Made by a program: the position numbers and the translations under genes. Positions 8,652-17,848 of a stretch of 53,139 nt of DNA are shown piece by piece. How positions within the stretch are numbered: the first letter of the stretch is position 1; the number at the start of each line of letters is the position of its first letter. The DNA is taken from assembly GCA_046262435.1 (NCBI GenBank), contig JBHEMT010000071.1, positions 1 to 53,139 on the forward strand, in the 5' to 3' direction. Under the pieces are notes generated by a model. That model had not been told where the DNA came from. It was given only the letters and a program-made list of their open reading frames with translations, and ran no database searches. This DNA is from Candidatus Dormibacteria bacterium (GTDB lineage: Bacteria; Chloroflexota; Dormibacteria; Aeolococcales; Aeolococcaceae).

Positions 8652-9086
8652 CTACTTGACCGCGTGGGTGACGATGATGTCGGCCAGCAGGATGAGCAGG
8701 ATCATCGCGCCCGCGATGACGGCGACGCGGCGCAGATCTGCGGGGACGTAGGGGACCCGGTCGTAGGGAATCGCCGGGTCGGCGGGGTCGAGCGGCTCGA
8801 AGCCCGCGCTCAGGCTGCCGGCACGAGCCGCCCCCTCGCGGCGGCGCGCAGCTGCCCCCGGCTCGACCCGGCCCACGCCGCGCCGGACAACCGCGGGTGG
8901 CGCGGCCGCCGGGGGGGCCACGGTGACGTCGTCAGCGGTGGCTGTGGCGGTTGCCGGGGCGGCCGGCGGCGCCCCGCTCACCGGGGCCTCGACATCGGCC
9001 AGCTCCGGGGCGGCGCTGGCGACGGGCCGGCGTACCGCCGGCGGCCGGTTGGGACGCTTGCGGGCGGCCTTCGATTTCCGGGACAT
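8652..9086 (-). CDS. Small tail-anchored membrane protein (basic N-terminus, Ala/Pro-rich middle, single C-terminal TM)
   Basis: ATG 9086. High GC3. N-terminus MSRKSKAARKRPNRPP with no signal peptide. The only hydrophobic helix, VAVIAGAMILLILLADIIVT, ends 4 residues before the stop. Located 7 nt upstream of the ArsA-like gene. Confidence 0.55.
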   Translation of the reverse strand: MSRKSKAARKRPNRPPAVRRPVASAAPELADVEAPVSGAPPAAPATATATADDVTVAPPAAAPPAVVRRGVGRVEPGAAARRREGAARAGSLSAGFEPLDPADPAIPYDRVPYVPADLRRVAVIAGAMILLILLADIIVTHAVK

Positions 9087-9169
9087 CAGCGGGCCAAGCC
9101 TATCAGGCGTCCGGGGCGACCACCCTGGTCTGGCTCGGCGTCAGCGGCCCGCTGGGCTACCGTCCGGGG

Positions 9170-9952
9170 ATGGCGGTCGCGGTGGGCACGTCGGGGTGGC
9201 AGTACCGGTCGTGGCGTGGCCGGCTCTATGCCGGTGTGCCGCAGCGCGCCTGGCTGCCGCATTACGCCGCGCGGTTCGCCACCGTGGAGCTGAACACGAC
9301 GTTCTACAGCCTGCCCCGGCTGAGCAGTGTGGAGGGCTGGGCGGCGACGACCCCGGAGGACTTCTGCTTCGCGGCCAAGGCAAGCCGCTACCTGACCCAC
9401 CTCAAGCGGCTGCGTGAGCCGGAGCCGGCGGTGGCCGTCTATCTGGAGCGGCTCGAGCCACTCATCCGCGCCGGCAAGCTGGGTCCAATCCTGATCCAGC
9501 TGCCGCCCAACTTCGCGGTGGACTGCGCGCGTCTCGAGGGTTGCCTTGCCGCATTTCCGCGTGGCCTGCGACTGGCGGTCGAGGTGCGCCATCCATCGTG
9601 GTTCTGCCCCGAGGTGCGCACCCTGCTCGAGCGCCGTGACGTCCCGCTCTGCCTCAGCGACCGTCGCGGGCTGCGCGAGCCGGAATGGCGCACCGCCTCG
9701 TGGGGCTACGTGCGATTTCACGAGGGCAGGGCGGCCCCCTGGTCGTGCTACGGCCCCGGGGCCCTGAGCACCTGGGCAGAGCGCGTGGCCCGGCTCTGGC
9801 CCACCGATGAGGACGTCTTCGTGTACTTCAACAACGATCCCAACGGCTGCGCGCCGCGAGATGCGCAGCGCTTCGCCAAGCTCTGCTCTGGCGGCGGACT
9901 CTCGGTCACCCGTGTACCGGTGGAACCGATGCCGGTCGGCGAGGACGACTGA
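9170..9952 (+). CDS. DUF72 family protein
   Basis: GTSGWQYRSWRGRLY...YAARFATVELNTTFYSLP is the characteristic DUF72 N-terminus. ATG 9170 (the ORF opens at 8951 but overlaps the divergent gene). Confidence 0.8.
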   Translation: MAVAVGTSGWQYRSWRGRLYAGVPQRAWLPHYAARFATVELNTTFYSLPRLSSVEGWAATTPEDFCFAAKASRYLTHLKRLREPEPAVAVYLERLEPLIRAGKLGPILIQLPPNFAVDCARLEGCLAAFPRGLRLAVEVRHPSWFCPEVRTLLERRDVPLCLSDRRGLREPEWRTASWGYVRFHEGRAAPWSCYGPGALSTWAERVARLWPTDEDVFVYFNNDPNGCAPRDAQRFAKLCSGGGLSVTRVPVEPMPVGEDD

Positions 9953-9970
9953 CCCCCGGTCACACCATCG

Positions 9971-11068
9971 CTAGACGTTGAAGCGGAAGTGCATGACGTC
10001 GCCGTCCTGAACGCGGTAGTCCTTGCCCTCGAGGCGCAGGCGGCCCCGCTCCCTGACTGCGGCATAGGAGCGCGCCTCGATCAAGGTGGCGGCGTCAACC
10101 ACCTCTGCCCTGATGAAGCCCTTGGCGAAGTCTGTGTGGATCGTCCCCGCAGCCTCCACCGCCGAGGCCCCCCGGCGCACCGTCCAGGCGCGCACCTCCT
10201 TTTCTCCCGCGGTGAAGAACGTGACGAGGTCGAGCAGTCCGTAGGCCGAGCGGGCGAGACGGTTCAGCCCGGGTTCGTGCAGCCCCAGCGACTCGAGGAA
10301 CTCCGTGCGCTCGTCGCTCTCCAGCTCGGCGAGTTCGGACTCGATCCGCGCTGACACAGCGACGAGCTCACCCCCGCTTGCCCGCGCCCGGGTCGCGATC
10401 GCCTGCAGCGTCGTGGAGTCGTCAGTGGCGACGGCCGTCTCGTCGATGTTGGCGACGACCAGCAGCGGCGCAATGGTCAGCAGCCACAGCTCATGCAGCG
10501 CCGCACGGTCATCCTCTGAAAGCGCCATGGTGCGCACCGGCAGGGCACCGTCGAGGTGGTCGCGCACCCGGCGCATCACCTCGAGCGCGGCCAGGTCCTT
10601 GTCCTTCATCAACCGTGCGTTGCGCTCGCTCTTCCCCAGCCGTTTGCTGACCGTATCGAGATCGGCGAGGGTCAGCTCCAGCTCCAGCAACTCGAGATCG
10701 CGGACCGGGTCGACCGAGCCCTCGACATGACTCACGTCGCCGTCATCGAAGCAGCGCACCACCAGCGCGATCGCATCGCACTCGCGGATGTGTCCGAGGA
10801 ACTGGTTACCCAGGCCCTCGCCGCGCGAAGCGCCGCGCACCAGGCCGGCGATGTCGGTGAACGTCACCGTTGTCGCAATCGTCCGCGGTGGACTGAAGAT
10901 CTCGCTCAGCGCGTCGAGCCGGGGATCCGGAACGGGCACCACGCCGGTGTTCGGCTCGATCGTGGTGAAGGGGTAGTTGCCCACCTGGGCACCGGCCTTG
11001 GTCAGGGCGTTGAAGAGGGTCGACTTGCCCGCGTTGGGCATGCCGACGATGCCGACGCTCAATGCCAC
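9971..11068 (-). CDS. ychF: Redox-regulated ribosome-binding ATPase YchF
   Basis: GIVGMPNAGKSTLFNALT P-loop, NYPFTTIEPN, and a C-terminal TGS-like end ...GDVMHFRFNV. Full-length at 365 aa. Confidence 0.9.
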   Translation of the reverse strand: MALSVGIVGMPNAGKSTLFNALTKAGAQVGNYPFTTIEPNTGVVPVPDPRLDALSEIFSPPRTIATTVTFTDIAGLVRGASRGEGLGNQFLGHIRECDAIALVVRCFDDGDVSHVEGSVDPVRDLELLELELTLADLDTVSKRLGKSERNARLMKDKDLAALEVMRRVRDHLDGALPVRTMALSEDDRAALHELWLLTIAPLLVVANIDETAVATDDSTTLQAIATRARASGGELVAVSARIESELAELESDERTEFLESLGLHEPGLNRLARSAYGLLDLVTFFTAGEKEVRAWTVRRGASAVEAAGTIHTDFAKGFIRAEVVDAATLIEARSYAAVRERGRLRLEGKDYRVQDGDVMHFRFNV

Positions 11069-11077
11069 CGCATTCCC

Positions 11078-11977
11078 TCAGACGCTGACGTCAACGCGAG
11101 CGCCCCAGTTGCGGACGCCGCTGACCAGAGTGTGGCCGCGCACCCCGTGCTTGCGCGCCGCGGCGGCGAGCGCGCGCTGTACCTGCTCAGGGTGGCCATG
11201 GACCAGGGCGATCACGGAGGGGCCGGCTCCGGCCAGGGCGGCGCCGCACGCCCCCGCGGCAAGCGCGGCATCGAGCAGTGCGGGTAGAGCCGGGAAGAGC
11301 GGGGTCCGCGCCGCCTGGTGCAGCCGGTCCTCCATCGCCACCCGCAGCCCCACGCTGTCATCGAGGAGCAGGGCGCGGATCATCAGAGCGCAGCGGCCCG
11401 CGTTGAAGACCGCGTCGGCTCGGCTCACGGTGTCGGGCAGCACCGCCCGCGCCGCCGCGGTCGCCAGCTCCACGTCGGGGACGTAGACCACCGCGAGCAG
11501 CGACTCGGGAACGTCGAGGCGCACTGCAGGGGCCCCCACGGGACAGATCGCCAGGCCACCGAGCAGCGCCGCGGCGGCGTTGTCGGGGTGCCCCTCGATG
11601 GCCCCGACATGGGTGAGAACGCGGTGCTCGTCCCAGGGCGCGCCGTGCAGGGCGCAGGCGGCCAGCGTACCCCCCAGTGCTGCCGCCGCACTGGAGCCCA
11701 GCCCCCGCCGCAGGGGGATGCGGTTGACGCAGCGGAGCCGCACTCCCACCGCCGGCACACCCAGCGCAGCACAGGTCGAGCGGTAGGCGGCGACGACCAG
11801 GTTGCTCTCCGGGTCACGCAGCTCCGCGGGCGACCCCGGCGGCAGCACCAGACTCAAGCCGGGCTCGTCGGTGTTCTCAGCCTCCACCTCGTTCTGCAGC
11901 TGCAGGGCGAGGGCGAGTACGTCGAACCCGGGCCCGAGGTTGGCCACGGTGGCGGGTATGGCCACGCGGACGTGCAC
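11078..11977 (-). CDS. thrB: Homoserine kinase
   Basis: ATVANLGPGFDVLALAL and GHMP-kinase motif PLRRGLGSSAAA. GTG 11977 sits immediately after the thrC stop (11979-11981). Confidence 0.85.
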   Translation of the reverse strand: MHVRVAIPATVANLGPGFDVLALALQLQNEVEAENTDEPGLSLVLPPGSPAELRDPESNLVVAAYRSTCAALGVPAVGVRLRCVNRIPLRRGLGSSAAAALGGTLAACALHGAPWDEHRVLTHVGAIEGHPDNAAAALLGGLAICPVGAPAVRLDVPESLLAVVYVPDVELATAAARAVLPDTVSRADAVFNAGRCALMIRALLLDDSVGLRVAMEDRLHQAARTPLFPALPALLDAALAAGACGAALAGAGPSVIALVHGHPEQVQRALAAAARKHGVRGHTLVSGVRNWGARVDVSV

Positions 11978-11978
11978 G

Positions 11979-13034
11979 TCAGAGCCCCAGGGCTGCGGCG
12001 ATGGCGGCCGCATCCTCGTCCACCTGCACCGGCGGCGCCGCACCGCTCACCGCCGCCTCGATGTCCTTGAGTCCGTTGCCGGTGAGCACGCACACCGCTC
12101 GCGTGCCCGGGGCCACCCGGCCGTCGCCCACCGCCTTGATGAGCACCGCCAGTGAGGCGGCCGACGCCGGCTCGCAGAACACGCCCTCAGCGGTGGCCAG
12201 CCAGCGCTGCGCGGCGCGGATCTCATCGTCGCTGACCGAGTCGATGAGGCCCTCGGACTGGTCGCGGGCGGCCACGGCCCCCTCCCACGAGGCGGGGTGG
12301 CCGATCCTGATCGCGGTTGCCACCGTGTCCGGATCGGCGACCGGATGGCCGAGCACGATCGGCGCTGCGCCCGCCGCCTGGGCGCCGAGCATGCGCGGCA
12401 GGAGGCTGCACAGTCCGTCGCGGTGGTACTCACGAAAACCGCGCCAGTAGGCGGTGATGTTCCCCGCGTTGCCGACGGGAATGGCCACAACGTCGGGAGC
12501 GTCGCCGAGCTCGTCGACAATCTCGAAGGCGGCGGTCTTCTGGCCTTCGATGCGGTGCGGGTTGAGGCTGTTGACCATGGTCACCGGATGCCTGGCGGCA
12601 AGCTCGCGCACCATCCGCAGCGCGGCGTCGAAGCTGCCCCTGATGGCCAGGATGGTGGCGCCGTACACCTGTGCCTGGGCGAGCTTCCCCAGGGCGATCC
12701 GACCGGAGGGAATGACCACCAGGGTGCGCAGCCCGAAGCGCGCCCCATAGGCGGCAGCGGAGGCGCTGGTATTGCCTGTCGAGGCGCAGATGATCGCGGC
12801 GGCGCCCTCCTCCATAGCCCGTGCGACGGCGACCACCATGCCGCGGTCCTTGAACGACCCGGTCGGGTTCAGCCCCTCGAACTTGAGGTGCAGCGAGCCG
12901 AGCCCCAGGGTGCGCCCAATCACAAGCGACTCGACCAGCGGTGTCCCGCCCTCATTGAGGGTGATCCGCGGCGTGGTCGCGGTCAGCGGCAGCCGCTCCC
13001 CGTAGCGGGCGATGATCCCCGCGCCGGTCACCAC
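11979..13034 (-). CDS. thrC: Threonine synthase
   Basis: PLP-lysine motif KFEGLNPTGSFKDRGM. The 351-aa short form lies between hom and thrB. Confidence 0.9.
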   Translation of the reverse strand: MVTGAGIIARYGERLPLTATTPRITLNEGGTPLVESLVIGRTLGLGSLHLKFEGLNPTGSFKDRGMVVAVARAMEEGAAAIICASTGNTSASAAAYGARFGLRTLVVIPSGRIALGKLAQAQVYGATILAIRGSFDAALRMVRELAARHPVTMVNSLNPHRIEGQKTAAFEIVDELGDAPDVVAIPVGNAGNITAYWRGFREYHRDGLCSLLPRMLGAQAAGAAPIVLGHPVADPDTVATAIRIGHPASWEGAVAARDQSEGLIDSVSDDEIRAAQRWLATAEGVFCEPASAASLAVLIKAVGDGRVAPGTRAVCVLTGNGLKDIEAAVSGAAPPVQVDEDAAAIAAALGL

Positions 13035-14332
13035 GGGAATGCCACCGGAAGCCAGGACACGGCGTCCTCGAAGCGTGGGTCCGAGTCGAGCGTGTCCAGG
13101 GCTGCGGCCACAGTCGCGCGTCGTGCAGGCCGGGTCAGCAGTGCGGCGCGGAGCAGTCCGGACTCGATCGCTTCCGGGTCCCAGTCCAAGCGCGCGGTGG
13201 CGACCCCGCGGTCGCCGAGGAGGAGACGGACGGTCTCCAGGTCGTCGCTGTCGCCGCTCATCTCCACGGCCACCAGGGCCGCGGTGTCGTCATCACCCGA
13301 GGCGAGTGGCGCCGTGCCGGTGGGTGCGTCGGGTCCGTCGCGACCGGTGGCGAAGGCCACCAGGTCGGCGAGCACCGCAGCGGCGGTCGGGTTGCCACCG
13401 GCGCCGGCACCGCGCAGCAGCACCGGGCCACTCAGCGCACCGTCGAGCACCACTCCGTTGCCCGGTCCGGGAAGCTCCGCCAGAGGATGCCCTTCGCCCA
13501 CGTTGTCGGGCTGGGCGGCGTCCCGTCGCTGGCGAGGCAGCGCTGTCGGTTCCACCCGCAGCCGCCAGCCGTCCTGGCTCCGGCGGGCGCTGGCCAGCAG
13601 GCGCACCACGTGGTCGCTCATCTCCGCGGCACGCAGGTCGGCGCGACGCAGCTCGCGGATGCCGCGCCGCTCGACCGACCCGGGATGCACCCAGGCCCGT
13701 CCCGCCAGCGAGACCAGGATGGCCAGCTTGGCCGCCGCATCGGCACCGTCCACGTCGGCACCGGGATCGGCCTCGGCGTACCCATCGGCCTGGGCGCGGG
13801 CCAGCGCCGCCGCGTATGAGCCACCTGCACGCATCGCCTCGAGGATGGCGTTGCTGGTGCCGTTGAGCACCGCGTCGATGCGCCGGATTTGCTGCCCGGC
13901 CATTCCCTCGCTGACCGCGCCGAGGACCGGAACTCCGGCCATCACCGCTGCCTCGAAACGCAGCCGGCCGTGGGCGAGGCTGAGCAGTTCGCCACCGTGC
14001 TCCGCAAGGAGCAGCTTGTTGGCGGTGACCACGCGGCGACCGTCTGTCAATGCCCTGGTCACCCAGGAATGCGCCGGTTCGGCGCCGCCGGCGAGCTCCA
14101 CCACCACGTCCACCTCGGGGTTGGCGAGCACCGTCGCGACGTCGTCACTGAGCAGCTCAGGCCGCCTCGCACGCCGCCGGCCCCGCTCGAGGTCGCGGAC
14201 CACCACCGCGCGCAGCTCCAGCGCGCGACCGGCGCGGCCGGCGAGCTCGGTGCGGTTGTCGAGCAGCTGGGCAACCACCGCACCCCCGACCGTCCCCATG
14301 CCGAGCACGCCGATACCGAGGGCGGCGGACAT
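13028..14332 (-). CDS. hom: Homoserine dehydrogenase
   Basis: N-terminal NAD fold GVLGMGTVGGAVV, LNGTSNAIL motif, and a C-terminal ACT-like region. Overlaps the thrC start by 7 nt. Confidence 0.85.
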   Translation of the reverse strand: MSAALGIGVLGMGTVGGAVVAQLLDNRTELAGRAGRALELRAVVVRDLERGRRRARRPELLSDDVATVLANPEVDVVVELAGGAEPAHSWVTRALTDGRRVVTANKLLLAEHGGELLSLAHGRLRFEAAVMAGVPVLGAVSEGMAGQQIRRIDAVLNGTSNAILEAMRAGGSYAAALARAQADGYAEADPGADVDGADAAAKLAILVSLAGRAWVHPGSVERRGIRELRRADLRAAEMSDHVVRLLASARRSQDGWRLRVEPTALPRQRRDAAQPDNVGEGHPLAELPGPGNGVVLDGALSGPVLLRGAGAGGNPTAAAVLADLVAFATGRDGPDAPTGTAPLASGDDDTAALVAVEMSGDSDDLETVRLLLGDRGVATARLDWDPEAIESGLLRAALLTRPARRATVAAALDTLDSDPRFEDAVSWLPVAFPW

Positions 14333-14398
14333 CCGGGCCGAGTCTACGCGGTCACCACTGAGGCACCCGTCGCATCCGCGGGAAACCGGCGGCCACGC

Positions 14399-15046
14399 TC
14401 AGGCGATCAGCCGCTGCTTGTGCGCGGTCGACACCGCCCCAGCGCGGTCGGCGGCGCCGAGCTTGGCCAGGATGTTGCTGACGTGCGTCTTGACGGTGTT
14501 CTCGGAGACGAACAGCTGCACCGCGATCTGTCCGTTGCTCCGCCCGCCCGCCATGAGCTGGAGTACCTCCAGCTCCCGCGCCGTCAGCTCCCGCTCGCCC
14601 CCGCCGCCGGGCCGAGGCCGTCGGCCGCGCAGCACCTCGGGATCGAGCAGCGACTCGCCGCCGGCGACGCGGCGGACGGCGTCGGCCAGCTCCTCTCGGG
14701 AGCAGTCCTTGAGCAGATAGGCACGGGCACCCGCTTGGAGCGAGGGAAAGAGGTAGTCCTCATTGCGATAGGTGGTCAGCACGATCACCCTGGCGTCCGG
14801 GTCCTCGGCGCGGATCCGCTTCAAGGCCTCGATGCCGTTGGTGTTCGGCATCTGGACGTCGAGCAGGACGATGTCCGGTCGGGTCTCGCGGCTGAGCCGC
14901 ACCGCCTCGTCGCCGTCACCGGCGCGGGCCACCACCACGATGTCGTCCTCGATCTCGAGCATGGTGCACAGGCCCTGCCGAACCACGGGGTGGTCGTCGG
15001 CCACCAGGACGCGAATCAGCCCGCCCCGCACCGGGCCCTGGGTCAC
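14399..15046 (-). CDS. Two-component response regulator, NarL/LuxR family
   Basis: Receiver domain (VLVADDHP, LLDVQMP) plus a LuxR helix-turn-helix (LTARELEVLQLMAGGRSNGQIAVQLFVSENTVKTHVSNILAKLG). GTGA overlap with the kinase stop. Confidence 0.9.
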   Translation of the reverse strand: MTQGPVRGGLIRVLVADDHPVVRQGLCTMLEIEDDIVVVARAGDGDEAVRLSRETRPDIVLLDVQMPNTNGIEALKRIRAEDPDARVIVLTTYRNEDYLFPSLQAGARAYLLKDCSREELADAVRRVAGGESLLDPEVLRGRRPRPGGGGERELTARELEVLQLMAGGRSNGQIAVQLFVSENTVKTHVSNILAKLGAADRAGAVSTAHKQRLIA

Positions 15047-17682
15047 GCGGTCACCAGCCGCCGTGCGGCGTCGCCGAGCGGCACCCTGACCACCACGCGG
15101 GTGCCGCTCGCGTCGCTCCCCAGGGCGAAGGTCCCTCCCGCGAGCTGAGCGCGCTCGTTCATGCCGGTGATCCCAAACGATCCCGGTCGGGCCTGGGTGG
15201 CGGGATCGAACCCGGCGCCGTTGTCGCGGATGGCGAGCTCGAGCTCGTCACCCTCGACGCGGAGGCGCACCAGCGCCCGTGCCGCCCCGCTGTGCTTGCC
15301 GATGTTGTAGAGCGCCTCCTGGACGATGCGCAGCAGCGCCACCTCGGTCTGCGGTGGCAGGGCCAGCCGCGCCGGCAGCCCGCTGCAGCGCAGCCGGGCC
15401 GGAATTCCGGTGCGCTCGGTCCAGCGCTCCACCTCGAGCTGGATGGCCGCAACCACGCCGGTGGCGGAGAGCGGCGCGGGTCGCAGGTCCCAGACTGAGC
15501 GACGAGCTTCCTGCAGCGCGGCGCGGGCGCCGTCCCTGGCCGTGGTCAGTGCCTCACGCACCCCGCGGTCGCGCGTTGTCGCCGGCAGCAGCCCCTCGGC
15601 GGCCTGCAGCTGGACCACGATTCCGGTGAGCTGCTGGGCCAGGGTGTCGTGGATCTCCCGGGCCAGCCGGGTGCGCTCCTCGAGAACGGCGAGGTCACGG
15701 CCCTCGGCGCTGAGGCGGGCGGTGCGCAGGGCGAGTCCCACCTGGTCGGCCACCGCACCGAGCAGGGTCTCGCGACGGCGCACGGCGGTGGCGCTCCCTG
15801 CCAGCACCGCCAGGGCGCCGAGCGGTCCGCGACTGGTGCCCAGGGGCAGGCCCACCAGCTCTCCGCTGGCTACGGTGCGGGTGACCATGCAGCCCTCGTC
15901 GACCGCCGTCCGGGCGATGGTGAGCAACCCGTCCTCGGGCACCGCCGCGAGATGGGGTTCGATCGCCGCGGTGCTCGCCAGGTCGCCGTTGTCGGTGACC
16001 AGGAACCCACGCCCGGCATCGACGGGGAGCACCGCCCGCATCGTCTCCAGGGCGCCGCGGAGGATAACCTCAGGCTCCAGCGAGCGGGTCAGGCTGCGGG
16101 CCAGCGCGTTGAGCGCCAGCAGCTCGTCGTTGCGCGAGCGCAGCTCGGCGGTGCGTTCGGTGACCCGGCCCTCCAGCTCGCGGGCCGCGGCGAGGATGGC
16201 GTCGCGCGAGCTGTTGATCTCGCGGCGCATCCGCTCCAGCGACGCGGCCAGCTGGCCGACCTCGTCAATGCCCTGGGGAGGGACCGGCTGCTCGGTGCGG
16301 CCCAGCGCCAGGTGCTCCGCCGCCAGCCGCAGGGCATCCACCGGACCGGTGAGCCGCCGGGCCACCACGCTGGCCACGGTGAAGGCCAGGGTCACCAGGA
16401 GCAGCCCAATCGGGATGCCATAGAGCAGCAGCCGGTGAATGCCGGTGCTGATGCCGCGCCGCAGCGCGCCCACGTCCGGCTCCAGGTCGGCGACCGGCAC
16501 GCTGGTGGCCAGCACCCACTTGGCGGTGAAGATCGGCGCGGTGAACAGCGCTCGGTCGACCCCGTGCAGCGTCGTGTGCAGCATCCGGGGGCGGCCGCTC
16601 TTCTCGACGCCGTCGAGGCCGGCATCGAATGCCGCGTCCCCCGACCGGGCGAGCAGGTCGCCGACCGGGACCGGCCGCATCCGGAAGTCACGGCTCACCT
16701 CTGGCGCCGCGACCAGGACCTTGTTACTGCTGCTCAGCAGCAGGGGATACGCGCCCGGCGCGGCGCTGATCGGCTGGCCGAGCACACCCTGGGTCAGCCG
16801 GTCGACGGTCACGTCCGCCCCGACCAGAGTCCGGCCGTCGCCCAGTGGCAGCCACACCGTGACCCCCTCGCCGCCGGCCTGGCGGGTGCCGTAGGGGTCG
16901 GTCCAGAACGGGCCGGCGGCGCGGATCGCAGTGGCCGGGTTGGCCGGGTCGGACCAGACCGCCGGGTCGTCGCCGGCGGCCGCGAAGCGGCGCTGCGAGG
17001 TCGAGAAGATGGTCTCCCCGTCCGGCCCGAGCGGCGCAGCCGGGTCAAGCCGGTGGGCGTCGATCGCCTCGGGCACATCCATTGCCGGAACCGTCCGGAT
17101 CACCGAGTCCACCTTGTCCACCACCCAGACGGCCCCGATCTCCGGGTAGCTCTGGCGCATGCTCTGCATGAAGGGCAGCAGGGCGGCGCTCGGGATACCG
17201 ATGCGGGACGCGCGGCTGGCCGGGTCGGCGGGGTCGCGGGTGCTCTGCCCGACGATCAGGCTGGTGGCGCCGTCCGGCGAGCTCCGGTACTGCACCCCCT
17301 GATACCCGGCCAGGGGGTCACGCAGGGGCGCAGCCGGCGGCTTGGCCAGCTCGGCGTTCATCTGGTCGCCGAGGTGCCGCACCTCGCCGGCGAGGGCGGC
17401 GAGGCGAATGTCGATGACCTTGGCGCGGTCCGACACCTCGCCCTGCTGGCGCGCCTGGGCGTCCTCCACCACCGCCCGGTGGGTCTCGTCGGTGGTCGAG
17501 CTGCTGATTGTCCCCAGTTCGGCGGCCACCAGGGCACCGAAGGCTGCCAGGGGGAAGAGGGCCACCACCAGCATCCCGGCGAGCAGGCGGTCACGAAGCC
17601 GGCGGCGCCAGTCGAGGCGGCGGAGGACCCGGGAGCGCAGGACGCGTCGGAACGGGGACACGAGGCGGTGCGAGTATCGCAT
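15043..17682 (-). CDS. Sensor histidine kinase: TM, large extracytoplasmic (Cache-like) domain, TM, HAMP, GAF, HisKA_3, HATPase_c
   Basis: ATG 17682 (MRYSHRL...). Two TM helices flank a region of about 330 residues. HAMP (IDEVGQLAASLERM). H-box REIHDTLAQQL. N-box QEALYNIGKHS. G-boxes DNGAGFD and GITGMNERA. The upstream part of ORF 15043..18090 was rejected. Confidence 0.85.
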   Translation of the reverse strand: MRYSHRLVSPFRRVLRSRVLRRLDWRRRLRDRLLAGMLVVALFPLAAFGALVAAELGTISSSTTDETHRAVVEDAQARQQGEVSDRAKVIDIRLAALAGEVRHLGDQMNAELAKPPAAPLRDPLAGYQGVQYRSSPDGATSLIVGQSTRDPADPASRASRIGIPSAALLPFMQSMRQSYPEIGAVWVVDKVDSVIRTVPAMDVPEAIDAHRLDPAAPLGPDGETIFSTSQRRFAAAGDDPAVWSDPANPATAIRAAGPFWTDPYGTRQAGGEGVTVWLPLGDGRTLVGADVTVDRLTQGVLGQPISAAPGAYPLLLSSSNKVLVAAPEVSRDFRMRPVPVGDLLARSGDAAFDAGLDGVEKSGRPRMLHTTLHGVDRALFTAPIFTAKWVLATSVPVADLEPDVGALRRGISTGIHRLLLYGIPIGLLLVTLAFTVASVVARRLTGPVDALRLAAEHLALGRTEQPVPPQGIDEVGQLAASLERMRREINSSRDAILAAARELEGRVTERTAELRSRNDELLALNALARSLTRSLEPEVILRGALETMRAVLPVDAGRGFLVTDNGDLASTAAIEPHLAAVPEDGLLTIARTAVDEGCMVTRTVASGELVGLPLGTSRGPLGALAVLAGSATAVRRRETLLGAVADQVGLALRTARLSAEGRDLAVLEERTRLAREIHDTLAQQLTGIVVQLQAAEGLLPATTRDRGVREALTTARDGARAALQEARRSVWDLRPAPLSATGVVAAIQLEVERWTERTGIPARLRCSGLPARLALPPQTEVALLRIVQEALYNIGKHSGAARALVRLRVEGDELELAIRDNGAGFDPATQARPGSFGITGMNERAQLAGGTFALGSDASGTRVVVRVPLGDAARRLVTA

Positions 17683-17848
17683 GGGGGAATCCGTGGTTTC
17701 GAGAGAATCGCGCGTTCGCCGACCTGCCCTACGGCAAAGATCACCCGATCGGGGGATGCGCCCTGTGCCCGGGGCATCCCACACTTCGCCCCGCCGGAGT
17801 CTGTCTCCATCCCTGTTTCGCTGCCCCTGCTCCGGCCAGGCGCCCGTC

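Noticed and set aside
9950-9962. Short palindromes between convergent genes: TGACC-ccc-GGTCA at 9950-9962 and CGCGGG...CCCGCG at about 49110-49135.
   Set aside because: The stems are only 5-6 bp, which is expected by chance in GC-rich DNA. They are not convincing terminators.
12297-14720. 807-aa ORF on the plus strand. Similar very long ORFs occur at 15649..18219(+), 23558..25126(-), 25253..26656(-), 46246..47397(-), 47289..48584(-), 2963..3835(-) and 20378..21022(-).
   Set aside because: All lie antisense to, or out of frame with, genes that have clear family motifs. Their translations are Arg/Pro/Gly/Ala-rich with no recognisable domains. Stop codons are rare in every frame at this GC content, so length alone is not evidence.
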